A DNA stretch of 64,000 nt from Nitrospinota bacterium (GCA_016212275.1 JACRGR010000010.1:5593-69592), one strand, 5' to 3'; counted from the first letter of the stretch, positions 54,232 through 63,844 are shown. The notes: generated from the sequence alone by a model not told the origin. Numbers and translations: made by a program.

Positions 54232-54606
54232 CTATTTTATGAATTGTTCAACGGCGGTGATGAACTCTTTGGCCCACTCGCACACTGACCGGGCCTGCTC
54301 TTCCGTGACTTCTACCCCAATACCGTAATCGCCGACATTGCGCATATCCTGAGCGTCCAATAGCCAGCGGTGGAACTTCGGATCCAACCTTCCCTGTTTG
54401 GCGAATTCGCGGCCAAAGGCGGAGTGAATGGCTGAATGGCTGGAAAATGACTGGCCTAAGGATGAAAGGCACGCCTCGGCGACATAGAACATCGCATAAT
54501 AGGCGCGGGATACCGCGAAGTCATTGTACCCTTGGCCAAGCAACAGTTCCGCCGCCGAAACGCTTTCCTTGGCCTATTCTATCAATTCCGCGGCGTCTTT
54601 GGTCAT
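54232..54606 (-). pseudogene. HEPN-domain toxin gene of an MNT-HEPN pair, interrupted by an in-frame TAG at codon 11
   Basis: The ATG at 54606 overlaps the MNT stop (ATGA). The reading frame gives MTKDAAELIE-TAG(54576-54574)-AKESVSAAELLLGQGYNDFAVSRAYYAMFYVAEACL.... The ORF track only reports the 103-aa remainder, which restarts at a TTG (54543). Confidence 0.6.
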
Positions 54607-54926
54607 ACCGTCACATGGTCTTTCCGCACGTTCATGTAGAAGGGAAGCTGGCGGTTATCGAAATCCGCCTTGGTCACAAATGTGCGCGAAAGAATAACGT
54701 CGTATTTCAGGCTGAGGGACGAGGTGAGTTCCGAAGACCTTTTTATCAATTCCCCATAGTTTTGCGGCACTTTCATCAGGCAAAGCACATCAATATCCGA
54801 TCCGGGATGGGAAGTGCCGCGGGCCTGGGAGCCATACAGGAACACATCCAATAAATCATCGCCCAAAAGGCGCTGGAGGCCTTCTTTGTACTCCTTGACG
54901 ATTTGGATGGCGATTTTACTTTCCAT
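54603..54926 (-). CDS. Minimal nucleotidyltransferase (MNT) antitoxin-type protein
   Basis: 107 aa: MESKIAIQIVKEYKEGLQRLLGDDLLDVFLYGSQARGTSHPGSDIDVLCL..., carrying the GS-x-RG...D-x-D pol-beta-superfamily motif. Confidence 0.8.
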   Translation of the reverse strand: MESKIAIQIVKEYKEGLQRLLGDDLLDVFLYGSQARGTSHPGSDIDVLCLMKVPQNYGELIKRSSELTSSLSLKYDVILSRTFVTKADFDNRQLPFYMNVRKDHVTV

Positions 54927-54979
54927 ATGAAGTTTATAGCACTTTTTGCCTCGGGAATGCCAAACTCCCGGAAGAGCGG

Positions 54980-55315
54980 CTATTTGCCGACGGTCTTGTC
55001 TATCCAGTCCAGATAGGCGGGCAGGCCCATCGTGATGGGCAGGGCGATGATCTCCGGCACGTCGTAACCGTGGAGCTTTTTCACTTCGGCCATCAGTTGC
55101 GGGAAAAGCGCGCTCCGGGTTTTGGCAAATATCTGGCACTCTTCGGCCCTGTTCATTTTTCCCTCCCACTCGTAGATGCTCGTGACCCCCTTGATGATGG
55201 TGCAACAGGCGGCCAGCTTTTTCTCCACCAGCGCGGTGGCTATTTTCTCGGCCTCCTCGAACGTGGGGGTGGTGATAAGGCAAACGATGTGGTCACTCAC
55301 CGCGCAGTCCATCAT
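54980..55315 (-). CDS. cutA: Divalent-cation tolerance protein CutA
   Basis: 111 aa: IVCLITTPTFEEAEKIATALVEKKLAACCTIIKGVTSIYEWEGKMNRAEECQIFAKT...YDVPEIIALPI. Confidence 0.85.
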   Translation of the reverse strand: MMDCAVSDHIVCLITTPTFEEAEKIATALVEKKLAACCTIIKGVTSIYEWEGKMNRAEECQIFAKTRSALFPQLMAEVKKLHGYDVPEIIALPITMGLPAYLDWIDKTVGK

Positions 55316-55333
55316 CCCTCCTTGGTATAAGGA

Positions 55334-55406
55334 ATAATCCGCAGATTGCACAGATGCCGCAGATGCTTTGAGGATAATCCGCGTCAATCGGCGAAATCTG
55401 TGGATT
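55334..55406. repeat. Short intergenic repeat cluster (direct ATAATCCGC x2, CAGAT(T)GC x3, inverted AATCCGCAGAT / ATCTGTGGATT)
   Basis: ATAATCCGC occurs at 55334-55342 and 55374-55382. There are three tandem CGCAGATTG / CACAGATGC / CGCAGATGC units. The inverted pair lies at 55337-55347 and 55396-55406, with one mismatch. Confidence 0.45.
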
Positions 55407-55413
55407 CTCCCCG

Positions 55414-55641
55414 TTACGTTTCTCCGCCGTCCTGTTTCAGGTCGGGGGCGGCGTCCTTCACCTTTTCCCCCGTTTTGCTCACGATGAAATTGCCGATATA
55501 AAACTCCACCAGCCCGATGCCGGTCGCTTTCAGCATCCCTCCCATATCCGGCGTGGTGAAGAAACTGACGAACGCGATGAGCACCGTCCCCATCCCCACT
55601 ATCTGCATCGTGCGTCCGACGATGTACAGCGCTCCCTTCAT
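55414..55641 (-). CDS. Small two-TM membrane protein, hypothetical
   Basis: 75 aa from the ATG at 55641, which overlaps the rimO stop (ATGA): MKGALYIVGRTMQIVGMGTVLIAFVSFF...GIGLVEFYIGNFIV. Confidence 0.5.
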   Translation of the reverse strand: MKGALYIVGRTMQIVGMGTVLIAFVSFFTTPDMGGMLKATGIGLVEFYIGNFIVSKTGEKVKDAAPDLKQDGGET

Positions 55642-56918
55642 GCGGGCACCCCCACCAGGTCGTACTCCATCGCGGCCTTGATTTTCACTTTGATGATCTC
55701 CCCCGGCTTCGCCTCGCACTCGTCCAATATCACTTCGCCGTCCACTTCCGGCGCTTGCGTTTTCAGCCGTCCCAGCAAAAGACCGTTTTCGGGGTCGTAC
55801 CGCTCCACCAGCGCGTCGAACGTTTTTCCCGCTTTCGCCTTGTTCTTCTTCAGCGATATTTTCTGCTGTATCTCCAGGATGCGCGCGGCGCGTTCTTCTT
55901 TGACATTTTCCGGCACATCGTCATCCATGTCCGCCGCTTTGGTCCCTTCCTCGGCGGAATAGGTGAACACCCCCACATGGTCAAGCTCCGCCTCCTTGAC
56001 GAAGGATTCAAGCGCCTTGTACTCCGCTTCCGTTTCGCCGGGAAAACCGACGATGAAGCTGGTGCGTATTGCTCCTTCCGGCATGGCGCGGCGTAACTTC
56101 GCCACCAGTTCCACGATCTCCTTTTTCGTTTCGTTGCGCCCCATCCGTTTCAGCGCCGCGTCGTGTATGTGCTGAAACGGCACGTCAATGTACGGGCAGA
56201 GGGATGGCTCATGCGCGATGAGGTCTATCATCTCGTCCGTTATCAAGGTGGGGTAGAGGTACATGATGCGGAGCCACGCTGGTTTAGCGGTGGCGAGTAT
56301 TTCCTTTGCCAGCGTCACCAGTCCGTTCTTCATTTTCAGGTCGGCCCCGTAGCGGGTGGTGTCTTGCGCCACCAGCACCAGTTCTTTCACCCCCACGGCC
56401 ACCAGTTCCTTAGCCTCGGCCACCACAGCGTTCAGCGGCCTGCTCTTCAGCGGGCCGCGTATCATCGGGATGGAGCAGAACGAGCAGGCGTTGCCGCACC
56501 CCTCCGCGATTTTGAGATACGCGGATACCACTCCCGGCTCCAGCATGCGCTTCACGTTTTCGGGGCGGTACACCTCTTGCGTCGAAGAGTCGGAGAGCGC
56601 CAGCAGGTAATCTATCTCCGGCATCTCCTCCCCCATCTCCTTGCCGAAGCGTTCCACCATGCACCCCATCACCGCCAGCTTGGCGTTTGGATTCGCTTTC
56701 TTGAATTCGGCCAGTTCCAGGATGGTGTCCACGCTTTCGCGCCGCGCGTCGCCGATGAACCCGCAGGTGTTTATCAACAGGCAGTCGGCCTCTTCGGGAT
56801 TGTCGGTGATGGTACACCCTTGGCTTTGCAAAAGGGCCAGCGTTTTCTCGCTGTCCACGCGGTTCTTGGCGCACCCCAGCGAGACCATGTGCAGGCGCAT
56901 GTCGCGCAGGCGTTTCAT
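55638..56918 (-). CDS. rimO: Ribosomal protein S12 methylthiotransferase RimO
   Basis: MKRLRDMRLHMVSLGCAKNRVDSEKTL...LINTCGFI..., with radical SAM motif CGNACSFCSIP and a C-terminal TRAM domain. The ATG at 56918 overlaps the upstream stop by 4 nt. Confidence 0.9.
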   Translation of the reverse strand: MKRLRDMRLHMVSLGCAKNRVDSEKTLALLQSQGCTITDNPEEADCLLINTCGFIGDARRESVDTILELAEFKKANPNAKLAVMGCMVERFGKEMGEEMPEIDYLLALSDSSTQEVYRPENVKRMLEPGVVSAYLKIAEGCGNACSFCSIPMIRGPLKSRPLNAVVAEAKELVAVGVKELVLVAQDTTRYGADLKMKNGLVTLAKEILATAKPAWLRIMYLYPTLITDEMIDLIAHEPSLCPYIDVPFQHIHDAALKRMGRNETKKEIVELVAKLRRAMPEGAIRTSFIVGFPGETEAEYKALESFVKEAELDHVGVFTYSAEEGTKAADMDDDVPENVKEERAARILEIQQKISLKKNKAKAGKTFDALVERYDPENGLLLGRLKTQAPEVDGEVILDECEAKPGEIIKVKIKAAMEYDLVGVPA

Positions 56919-58018
56919 GGCCGTTCCGTCCCGCCCAAGCCCGCTTCGCGGCCGATCCACAGCTTGAACAGCGGGTCGGTGAACGCCCATCGCTTTCCGC
57001 GCTTGTGCAATATGTTTTTGTGGTCCAGCGCGCGCAGGGCCGCTTGCAGGTTGGTGGCGGTGTTGAACCCGTATTGCTTGATGAACGATTCGGCGTAGAT
57101 GTTCTTCACGTCTTCGGCGCACAGCCCGTAGAGCACCGACTTTTGGCGCGGGTTGAGCAGGTCCCAAATCGCGCGGTACGCGGTGGCGGTATTTTGGATG
57201 ACCTCTTCCATCGCCGCCGTCAGCGCCGCGCCATCCTTGCCCCCGCGCCGCAGAGCCGCGTTCGCGAGGATCACCGCCGTTTCGGCGCGCCCGTCCGCGG
57301 CGTCATATATCTTTCCGGTCAGGCCGTCCGGGGGCGTGAGGCCCGCTTGCGCCCAGCCGCTCGCGAGGTAGGTTTTCACCGCTTCCGGCGTTAACAGTTC
57401 CTCTTCACGGATGACGCGCACCTGATTGAGCATCGGCCCGCCCATTTCCCCCGCCGCCTTCGCCACGGAGCGGCCGATGAGCACATGGGAGGTGATGGCG
57501 TGGCCGCGGGCCTTGCCGGTGAACTGGCGCAGGGCGTCGCTCCCCATCGTCCCTTCCAGGTTGTCGAACCCCTCCCACAGCACCACCGCGCGCTTGTTGT
57601 CCTCCGTCCCCATCATTTCCGGCACGTCCAGCAGGTTGGCGAACAGGCGGTTCATGTCGGTGCCGTACTGGATGTCTATGTACGGCGTATCGGCCATCAC
57701 GATCTTCGCGGTGGCGGTGGGGATGAGCTTTTTGAGCACCGATTCCATTTTCTTGCGGTCCCCCGCGAAGGCGGAGATGAACAGGCGCGAGAGGTTCTTC
57801 ACCAGATGTTCCGCGTTGGTGGCCATCCGCAGGCAGGGGCGGAACACGAGGATCGGCTCCCGCTCCAGCCGCCGGGCCAATGAGTCCGCCAGCGCCGTTT
57901 CGCCGCCCGAAAGCTCGAACGCGAAGTGCAGGTTGTTCTTCAGCCCTTCCACCACCTCCCGCAGGATGCCGTCCGGCGCGGCGGCGGAATAGATGTTTTC
58001 CGGGAAATATCTGGGCAT
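56915..58018 (-). CDS. Arch_ATPase/DUF234-like protein with degenerate P-loop and a C-terminal winged-helix-like region
   Basis: 367 aa. Its overall layout resembles the ATPase_2 plus DUF234 families (C-terminal ...NILHKRGKRWAFTDPLFKLWI). The Walker A position reads ELSGGETALADS and the Walker B position reads VVLWEGF. Confidence 0.5.
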   Translation of the reverse strand: MPRYFPENIYSAAAPDGILREVVEGLKNNLHFAFELSGGETALADSLARRLEREPILVFRPCLRMATNAEHLVKNLSRLFISAFAGDRKKMESVLKKLIPTATAKIVMADTPYIDIQYGTDMNRLFANLLDVPEMMGTEDNKRAVVLWEGFDNLEGTMGSDALRQFTGKARGHAITSHVLIGRSVAKAAGEMGGPMLNQVRVIREEELLTPEAVKTYLASGWAQAGLTPPDGLTGKIYDAADGRAETAVILANAALRRGGKDGAALTAAMEEVIQNTATAYRAIWDLLNPRQKSVLYGLCAEDVKNIYAESFIKQYGFNTATNLQAALRALDHKNILHKRGKRWAFTDPLFKLWIGREAGLGGTERP

Positions 58019-58029
58019 GGGGGGCCTTG

Positions 58030-58794
58030 TCAGCTTTGCGTTTTTTCGATGTAGCGGATCAGATCGCGCTGTGACACCACGCCATAATGATGCCCATCGC
58101 TGTCCGCCACCACGATCTCGCGGTTGTTCGCCTTCGTCATATTGATCACCGCTTCGCGCACCGAGGAATCCGGCAGGGCCGCGGTGAATTTTTTGGCCAT
58201 CTTCTGTCCGGCGGCGGATTTAAGGAGGTTGCCCCCCTTCGCGGCCAGCTTCACCAGCAGTCCCTCGTCAATAACTCCCACCGGCTTCTTGTTTTTCACG
58301 ATCACCACGCAACTTTTCCGGCTCTCAGCCATCATCCGCACGATCTTCTTGAGCGGCGTGGCGGGCGAGGCGGCAAGCCCCTTGTCGGCCAAGGCCGCCA
58401 GCATCACATCATAAGGGAAAGCGCGCGTGGCGAAAGTGCGCACGATGTCGGTCTCGGTCACGATGCCGGAAAGAAGGTTGTGCGCGTCCACTATCACGAA
58501 GCGCCGCACGTCCATCCGCCCCATCTGCCGCGCGGTGGCGAACAGGTCGTCCGACTCTTCAATCGGCATCACGGGGGTGTGCATCACTATCTCAATGGCG
58601 GTTTTGGCGAAGTTCACGCCGGAATCCAGCGCGGCCACGAGGTCGTGTTTGGTGAATATCCCTATCGGCAGTTTCTTTTCCACCACCACCACGCAACTCA
58701 CCCCTTTTTTCGCCATTTTGGCTACGGCCTCTTTCACGGTGGTTTTACGGGTTACGGTAACGGCGGGACGGCTCATGATCGCTTTAACTTCCAA
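58030..58794 (-). CDS. Protein with four CBS domains
   Basis: 254 aa. It contains four repeats of the CBS pattern (for example IMSRPAVTVTRKTTVKEAVAKMAKKGVSCVVVV...GIFTKHDLV). Confidence 0.8.
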   Translation of the reverse strand: MEVKAIMSRPAVTVTRKTTVKEAVAKMAKKGVSCVVVVEKKLPIGIFTKHDLVAALDSGVNFAKTAIEIVMHTPVMPIEESDDLFATARQMGRMDVRRFVIVDAHNLLSGIVTETDIVRTFATRAFPYDVMLAALADKGLAASPATPLKKIVRMMAESRKSCVVIVKNKKPVGVIDEGLLVKLAAKGGNLLKSAAGQKMAKKFTAALPDSSVREAVINMTKANNREIVVADSDGHHYGVVSQRDLIRYIEKTQS

Positions 58795-58955
58795 CGCATT
58801 CCTCCTCGCACGAAGTTATATATATCTGCATGATGTCCCATCCCGCCCCAACTTTCAAGACGATATTTTGCTCACCGTCCGCAACATGGGGATTGAAAAG
58901 GAAAAATTCGGCTTTGCCGTTGTCCGGTTTTGGGTAAGCCAAGTATAATGCCCCG

Positions 58956-59630
58956 GTGATAATTACAAAACAAAAGCAATTCGACGACCTTATCAAGGCC
59001 TGCCGGGGGGCGAAGACCCTGTTCCTCTTCGGATGCGGGGATTGCGCCACGCTGTGCCGGACCGGCGGCGAAGAGCAGTTGGCGGAGCTTTCGGAACAAC
59101 TCAAGGCGGAAGGCATCGCCGTCGCGGGCACGGCGGTTGTCCATGCCACCTGTCACGAGCTGGACGTTCAACGCGTCCTGCGGCAGGAAAAGGAAAAAGT
59201 GGCCGCCAGCGACGCGGTACTGGTGATGACCTGCGGCGCGGGAGTGCAGTCGGTGGGGGACTCCACCGAGAAGCCGGTGATAAGCGGGTGCGATTCGCTG
59301 TTCATCGGCAACTCGAAACGGCAAATGCACTTTTACGAAAAATGCTCCGCGTGCGGCGAGTGCGTGCTGAACGAAACCGGCGGCCTGTGCCCCGAAACGC
59401 GGTGCCCCAAGGGATTGCTGAACGGCCCGTGCGGCGGCGCGGTGCGCGGTCAGTGCGAGGTGGATCCCACCAATCCATGCGTGTGGATCGCCATCTATGA
59501 GAGAATGAAGAAACTCGGCAGGCTGGACGAAATGATGACCGTCGCGGCTCCGAAAGACCGGACCGCCGCGAGCAAGCCGCAAAAGATCGAAGAGAAACTG
59601 CCGCCGAAAAAACGGGAAGAAGCGAAATGA
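58956..59630 (+). CDS. metV: MetV-type (MTHFR C-terminal-like, Cys-rich) small subunit of methylenetetrahydrofolate reductase
   Basis: 224 aa with a GTG start. Cys clusters are FGCGDCATLC, MTCGAG, CSACGECVLNETGGLCPETRCPKGLLNGPCGG and QCEVDPTNPCVW. Confidence 0.7.
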   Translation: MIITKQKQFDDLIKACRGAKTLFLFGCGDCATLCRTGGEEQLAELSEQLKAEGIAVAGTAVVHATCHELDVQRVLRQEKEKVAASDAVLVMTCGAGVQSVGDSTEKPVISGCDSLFIGNSKRQMHFYEKCSACGECVLNETGGLCPETRCPKGLLNGPCGGAVRGQCEVDPTNPCVWIAIYERMKKLGRLDEMMTVAAPKDRTAASKPQKIEEKLPPKKREEAK

Positions 59631-60505
59631 GCAAGCTACAGCAAAACCTTGAATCCGGCTTCACCATCACGGTGGAGATCCCCCCGCCGAAAGGCTCCGA
59701 CGTCGCCCCCGCTTTGGCCGTGGCGGAAAAGATAGCCTCCCGCGTGGCCGGGGTGAACGTCACCGACAACCAGCGCGGCATGGTACGCATGTCGTCGCTC
59801 GCGTTTTCCCACCGCCTGCTGGACGTGGGGGCCGAGCCGATATGGCAATTGAGTTGCCGCGACCGCAACCGGCTCGCGCTCCAATCCGACATGCTGGGCG
59901 CGTGGGCGCTGGGGGTGGAGAACCTGTGCATCATGACCGGCGATTTTCCCACGCTGGGGGATATGCCGCAGGCCAAGCCGGTGTACGACCTGGACGCGGT
60001 GCAACTCATCCAGGCGGCGGCGGAGCTTTCGCGCGGGGTGGGCATGAACAAAAAAGAGATAAAAGACCACAAGGAATTTTTCATCGGCGCGGTGATAAAC
60101 CCGTTCTACGAGCCGATGGAATTGGAGATAATGAAGACGCGCAAGAAAATAGCGGCGGGCGCGAAGTATTTCCAGACCCAGCCGTTCTTCGACGAAGAAT
60201 CGCTGGACCGCTTTTTGGCGTTGGTGAAAGGGATGGAGGCGAAGTTCCTCATCGGCATCACCCCGCTGAAAGGGGAAAAGATGGTCCACTTCCTGAACAA
60301 CAACGTGCTCACCACCCCGATACCCGAAAAAGTGGCGCACCGCATCGCGCGCGCGGGCGACCCGGTGATGGAGGGGCTGAAGATCGCCGCGGAGTTCATC
60401 AACTCCGTGCGTGGCCGGGTGGACGGTGTGCATATCATGCCGATAGGGCAGATAGACAACGTGCCTCTCCTGCTCGACATGGTGGATAGCGGGATGAAGG
60501 CATGA
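59627..60505 (+). CDS. metF: Methylenetetrahydrofolate reductase (MetF, MetVF type)
   Basis: 292 aa: FTITVEIPPPKG...VNVTDNQRGMVRMSSL...WQLSCRDRNRLALQSD...IMTGD...FQTQPFFD. The start overlaps the metV stop. Confidence 0.85.
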   Translation: MSKLQQNLESGFTITVEIPPPKGSDVAPALAVAEKIASRVAGVNVTDNQRGMVRMSSLAFSHRLLDVGAEPIWQLSCRDRNRLALQSDMLGAWALGVENLCIMTGDFPTLGDMPQAKPVYDLDAVQLIQAAAELSRGVGMNKKEIKDHKEFFIGAVINPFYEPMELEIMKTRKKIAAGAKYFQTQPFFDEESLDRFLALVKGMEAKFLIGITPLKGEKMVHFLNNNVLTTPIPEKVAHRIARAGDPVMEGLKIAAEFINSVRGRVDGVHIMPIGQIDNVPLLLDMVDSGMKA

Positions 60506-61377
60506 GCGTCCCCGGCAACCCCCAGAGCAATGTGGCGCTGGTGAAAAAGCCGGCGTGGTTGCGCAAGAAGATCGGCTTCTCCGCCGTTGGCGCTTTGAAA
60601 GGCGAACTGCGGCAAAAACATTTGCATACCGTGTGCGAATCGGCCAAATGCCCGAACATCGGCGAATGTTTCTCGCACGGCACGGCAACCTTTTTGATAT
60701 TGGGAAACGCTTGCACGCGCACCTGCGCGTTTTGCGCGGTGGACAAGGGGGCAACCGCCATGCCCGACCCGCATGAGCCGGAAAATGTGGCGGCGATGTC
60801 GGCCCGCCTGAACCTGCGGCATGTGGTGATAACGTCGGTGACGCGCGACGACCTGCCGGACGGCGGCGCGCTCCATTACGTCCGCACGGTCGAAGCCGTG
60901 CGCGCCAAACTGCCCGGCGCGGTGGTGGAACTGCTCATCCCCGATTTCGACGGCAATACCGCCGCGTTGGACGCGGTGCTTTCAATAAGGCCGGAGATAC
61001 TGAACCACAATGTCGAGACGGTTCCCTCGCTCTATCCGCGGGTGCGTCCGCAGGCCGATTTCGCGCGGTCGCTGGATGTCTTGCGCCGGGCCGCCGGATG
61101 CGGGATTATTGCGAAGTCGGGTATGATGGCGGGCCTTGGCGAGACCGATGATGAATTGGTCAACGCAATGGAACGGCTGAAGGACACGGGCGTGAAAATA
61201 TTCACGCTGGGGCAGTACCTCGCCCCGTCGCGGCGGCACGCCCCGGTGGTGGAATATAAAGAAGAAGCGTGGTTTGAAAATATGGCGCGCGCGGCGCGGA
61301 GCATCGGCATCGAAAAAGTGATGGCCGGGCCGTTCGTGCGGAGTTCGTACTTGGCGGAAAAGGCAGGTGCATTGTGA
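60502..61377 (+). CDS. lipA: Lipoyl synthase
   Basis: KPAWLRKK...[17 protein letters not shown]...[19 protein letters not shown]...[14 protein letters not shown]. Confidence 0.9.
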   Translation: MSVPGNPQSNVALVKKPAWLRKKIGFSAVGALKGELRQKHLHTVCESAKCPNIGECFSHGTATFLILGNACTRTCAFCAVDKGATAMPDPHEPENVAAMSARLNLRHVVITSVTRDDLPDGGALHYVRTVEAVRAKLPGAVVELLIPDFDGNTAALDAVLSIRPEILNHNVETVPSLYPRVRPQADFARSLDVLRRAAGCGIIAKSGMMAGLGETDDELVNAMERLKDTGVKIFTLGQYLAPSRRHAPVVEYKEEAWFENMARAARSIGIEKVMAGPFVRSSYLAEKAGAL

Positions 61378-62546
61378 ATTTTAATTTCCAGCGGATCAAG
61401 CGGCTCCCGCCGTACATGCTGGCGGAGATCACCCGGCTGAAAACCGAGGCGCGCCAGCGGGGCGAGGACATCATAGACTTCGGCATGGGGAACCCGGACC
61501 AGCCGACCCCGGACTTCATCGTCCAAAAAATGGTGGAGGCCACCCAAAAGTCGGTGAACCACCGCTACTCCGCCTCGAAGGGGATAAAGAAACTGCGTTA
61601 CGCGATAGCTGATTGGTACAAACGGCGCTACGACGTGACGATAGACCCGGACCAGGAGGCGGTGGTGACCATCGGCTCCAAGGAAGGCATCTCGCACCTT
61701 GCGCTGGCGATATTCGGCCCCGGCGACAACGTGCTGGTGCCCACCCCAACGTACTCCATCCACACCTACGCGGTAGTGATTGCGAACGCGGACGTGATAA
61801 GCGTGCCGCTGACCGGCGAGAAGGATTTTTTCGAGGCGGCGCTGGAGGCGTACAACCGCACCTGGCCGCGCCCGAAGGCGCTGGTCATCAACTTCCCGCA
61901 TAACCCGACCTCGGCATGCGTGGAGCAGGACTTTTTCGAGAAGGTGGTGAAGTTCGCCAAGGAGAACGAGGTGATGATCATCCACGATCTCGCCTACGCC
62001 GATATCGTGTTCGACGGGTACAAGGCGCCCAGCTTCCTCGCCACGCCCGGCGCGAAAGACGTGGGGGTGGAGATATTCACCCTCTCGAAGAGCTACAACA
62101 TGCCCGGCTGGCGCGTGGGATTCGTGTGCGGCAACCGCGAGATGGTGCAGGCGCTCACGCACCTCAAAGGGTATCTGGACTACGGCATGTTCCAGCCGAT
62201 CCAGATCGCCAGCATCATCGCCCTCAACCAGGGGGACGAGGTGACGAAAGAGATCGCCGCCTTGTACCAGTCGCGCCGCGACGTGCTGGTGGACGGATTG
62301 AACCGCATCGGGTGGGCGGTGGAAAAGCCGAAAGCCACCATGTTCCTGTGGGCGCGCATCCCGGAAAAATTCCAGGCGATGGGATCCATCGAGTTCTGCA
62401 AGCTCCTTTTGAAGGACGCGAAAGTCGCCGTCACCCCCGGCATCGGGTTCGGGCGCGAGGGGGACGGATTCGTCCGTTTCGCGCTGGTGGAAAACGAGCA
62501 CCGCACCCGGCAGGCCATCCGCGGCATCAAGGGGGTCATCTCGTGA
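61374..62546 (+). CDS. Class I/II PLP-dependent aminotransferase (AlaC/aspartate aminotransferase-like)
   Basis: 390 aa: [36 protein letters not shown]...YSASKGI...[14 protein letters not shown]. Confidence 0.85.
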   Translation: MNFNFQRIKRLPPYMLAEITRLKTEARQRGEDIIDFGMGNPDQPTPDFIVQKMVEATQKSVNHRYSASKGIKKLRYAIADWYKRRYDVTIDPDQEAVVTIGSKEGISHLALAIFGPGDNVLVPTPTYSIHTYAVVIANADVISVPLTGEKDFFEAALEAYNRTWPRPKALVINFPHNPTSACVEQDFFEKVVKFAKENEVMIIHDLAYADIVFDGYKAPSFLATPGAKDVGVEIFTLSKSYNMPGWRVGFVCGNREMVQALTHLKGYLDYGMFQPIQIASIIALNQGDEVTKEIAALYQSRRDVLVDGLNRIGWAVEKPKATMFLWARIPEKFQAMGSIEFCKLLLKDAKVAVTPGIGFGREGDGFVRFALVENEHRTRQAIRGIKGVIS

Positions 62547-63844
62547 AAAAGATCGGCGTCGCCCTGTTGGGGTGCGGCGTGGTGGGGCAGGCGGTGTACC
62601 GCGCGCTCGCCGGGCAGTCCGCGTCCATCGCGGCGCGGTGCGGCGCGGTGTTCGAGGTGAAAAAGATCGCCGTGCGTAATCCGAAGAAAAAGCGGGACGG
62701 CATCCCCGCGCATCTGTTCACCAAGAGCATTGCCGAAGCGGTGGCCGCCCCCGGGGTGGATATCGTGGTGGAACTGATGGGGGGCGAGGAGGCGGCGCAC
62801 AAGGCGTTGCTTGCCGCCATCCGCGGGAAAAAGCATGTGGTGACCGCCAACAAGCTTTTGCTGGCGAAGCGGGGCGAGGAGATATTCGCCGAAGCGGTGA
62901 AGGCCGGCGTGGACATCGGGTTCGAGGCCAGCGTGGCGGGGGCCGTGCCGGTCATACGCACGCTCAAGGAGGCGGTGGCGTCCGGCAAGGTGAACTCTCT
63001 GTTCGGCATCATCAACGGCACCTCGAACTACATCCTGACGAACATGATGGAAAAAGGGGTTCGGTTCGCCGACGCGCTGGAAGAAGCGCAGGCACTGGGC
63101 TACGCCGAGGCGGACCCCACGTTCGACGTGGAAGGAATTGACGCGGCGCACAAGCTGACGATACTGGCGAGCCTTGCGTTCGGCACGCCGGTGAGCCTGC
63201 GGAACGTATATGTGGAAGGCATCAGCCGCCTCGCGCCGGACGATTTCCGGTTCGCGCGGCAGTTCGGGCGGGTGATAAAACTTTTGGCCACCGCGCGGAT
63301 GGACGGCGGCAAGCTGGACGTGCGGGTACACCCCGCGATGGTGAACGTCAACCGCCCGATAGCGCGGGTGGACGGCGTGACCAACGCCGTGGAGCTGGAC
63401 GTTTCGGACGCGGGACGGCTGATGCTCATCGGCCCCGGCGCGGGGGGCGATGCTACCGCCAGCGCGGTGGTGGCGGACTTGGCGGACATCGCGCGCGACA
63501 TGCTCTCAAACAGCGTGGGGCGGATCGGCCCGCAAGGGTTCCTGCCGCAAAAAAGAAAAAAGCTGGCGTTCAAGCCGATTGGCGACGTGAGCGGTGGGTA
63601 CTACCTTCGCTTTACGGTGGACGACAAGCCGGGCGTGCTTGCGCGCATGGCCGGGATACTGGGCGCGAACGGCATCAGCATTGATTCGGTCATACAAAAA
63701 GGACGCTCCGGCGATCCGGTGCCGCTCGTCATCCTCACGCACGAGGCGAAGGAAAAGAACATCCAAACCGCGATACGCAAGATAAACCAACTGCCGTCCA
63801 CCCGCGCGAAAACCATGCTGATACGGCTGGAGAACGGCGGCTGA
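62543..63844 (+). CDS. hom: Homoserine dehydrogenase (with C-terminal ACT domain)
   Basis: The GTG at 62543 overlaps the upstream stop. Sequence: [18 protein letters not shown]...ANKLLLA...[12 protein letters not shown]...[20 protein letters not shown]...[15 protein letters not shown]. Confidence 0.9.
   Translation: MKKIGVALLGCGVVGQAVYRALAGQSASIAARCGAVFEVKKIAVRNPKKKRDGIPAHLFTKSIAEAVAAPGVDIVVELMGGEEAAHKALLAAIRGKKHVVTANKLLLAKRGEEIFAEAVKAGVDIGFEASVAGAVPVIRTLKEAVASGKVNSLFGIINGTSNYILTNMMEKGVRFADALEEAQALGYAEADPTFDVEGIDAAHKLTILASLAFGTPVSLRNVYVEGISRLAPDDFRFARQFGRVIKLLATARMDGGKLDVRVHPAMVNVNRPIARVDGVTNAVELDVSDAGRLMLIGPGAGGDATASAVVADLADIARDMLSNSVGRIGPQGFLPQKRKKLAFKPIGDVSGGYYLRFTVDDKPGVLARMAGILGANGISIDSVIQKGRSGDPVPLVILTHEAKEKNIQTAIRKINQLPSTRAKTMLIRLENGG

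Noticed and set aside
54574-54576. In-frame TAG in the HEPN gene as evidence of stop-codon reassignment (for example pyrrolysine or a recoded genetic code).
   Set aside because: TAG clearly terminates other well-supported genes in the window (clpS at 25646, the SCO1 gene at 8284, the C-methyltransferase at 36121). No pyl genes are seen.
58795-58955. SAM, THF or other riboswitch upstream of metV.
   Set aside because: I recognise no conserved riboswitch core. The -10-like TATAAT sits only 6 nt before the start codon, leaving no room for a leader if that promoter is used.
61032-62501. 489-aa minus-strand ORF. Similar long antisense ORFs occur at 36795..38264, 62180..63331, 7156..8166 and 45004..45843.
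   Set aside because: All lie opposite genes with clear homology signatures (the aminotransferase, the Ppm fusion, hom, the DMT/SCO1 genes, gap/pgk). They show the biased composition of GC-rich antisense frames.
61916-62542. N-terminal part of the 642-aa plus-strand ORF that ends as homoserine dehydrogenase.
   Set aside because: This part overlaps the aminotransferase gene out of frame and is low-complexity. The GTG at 62543 gives the typical Hom N-terminus ([15 protein letters not shown]) and overlaps the upstream stop.
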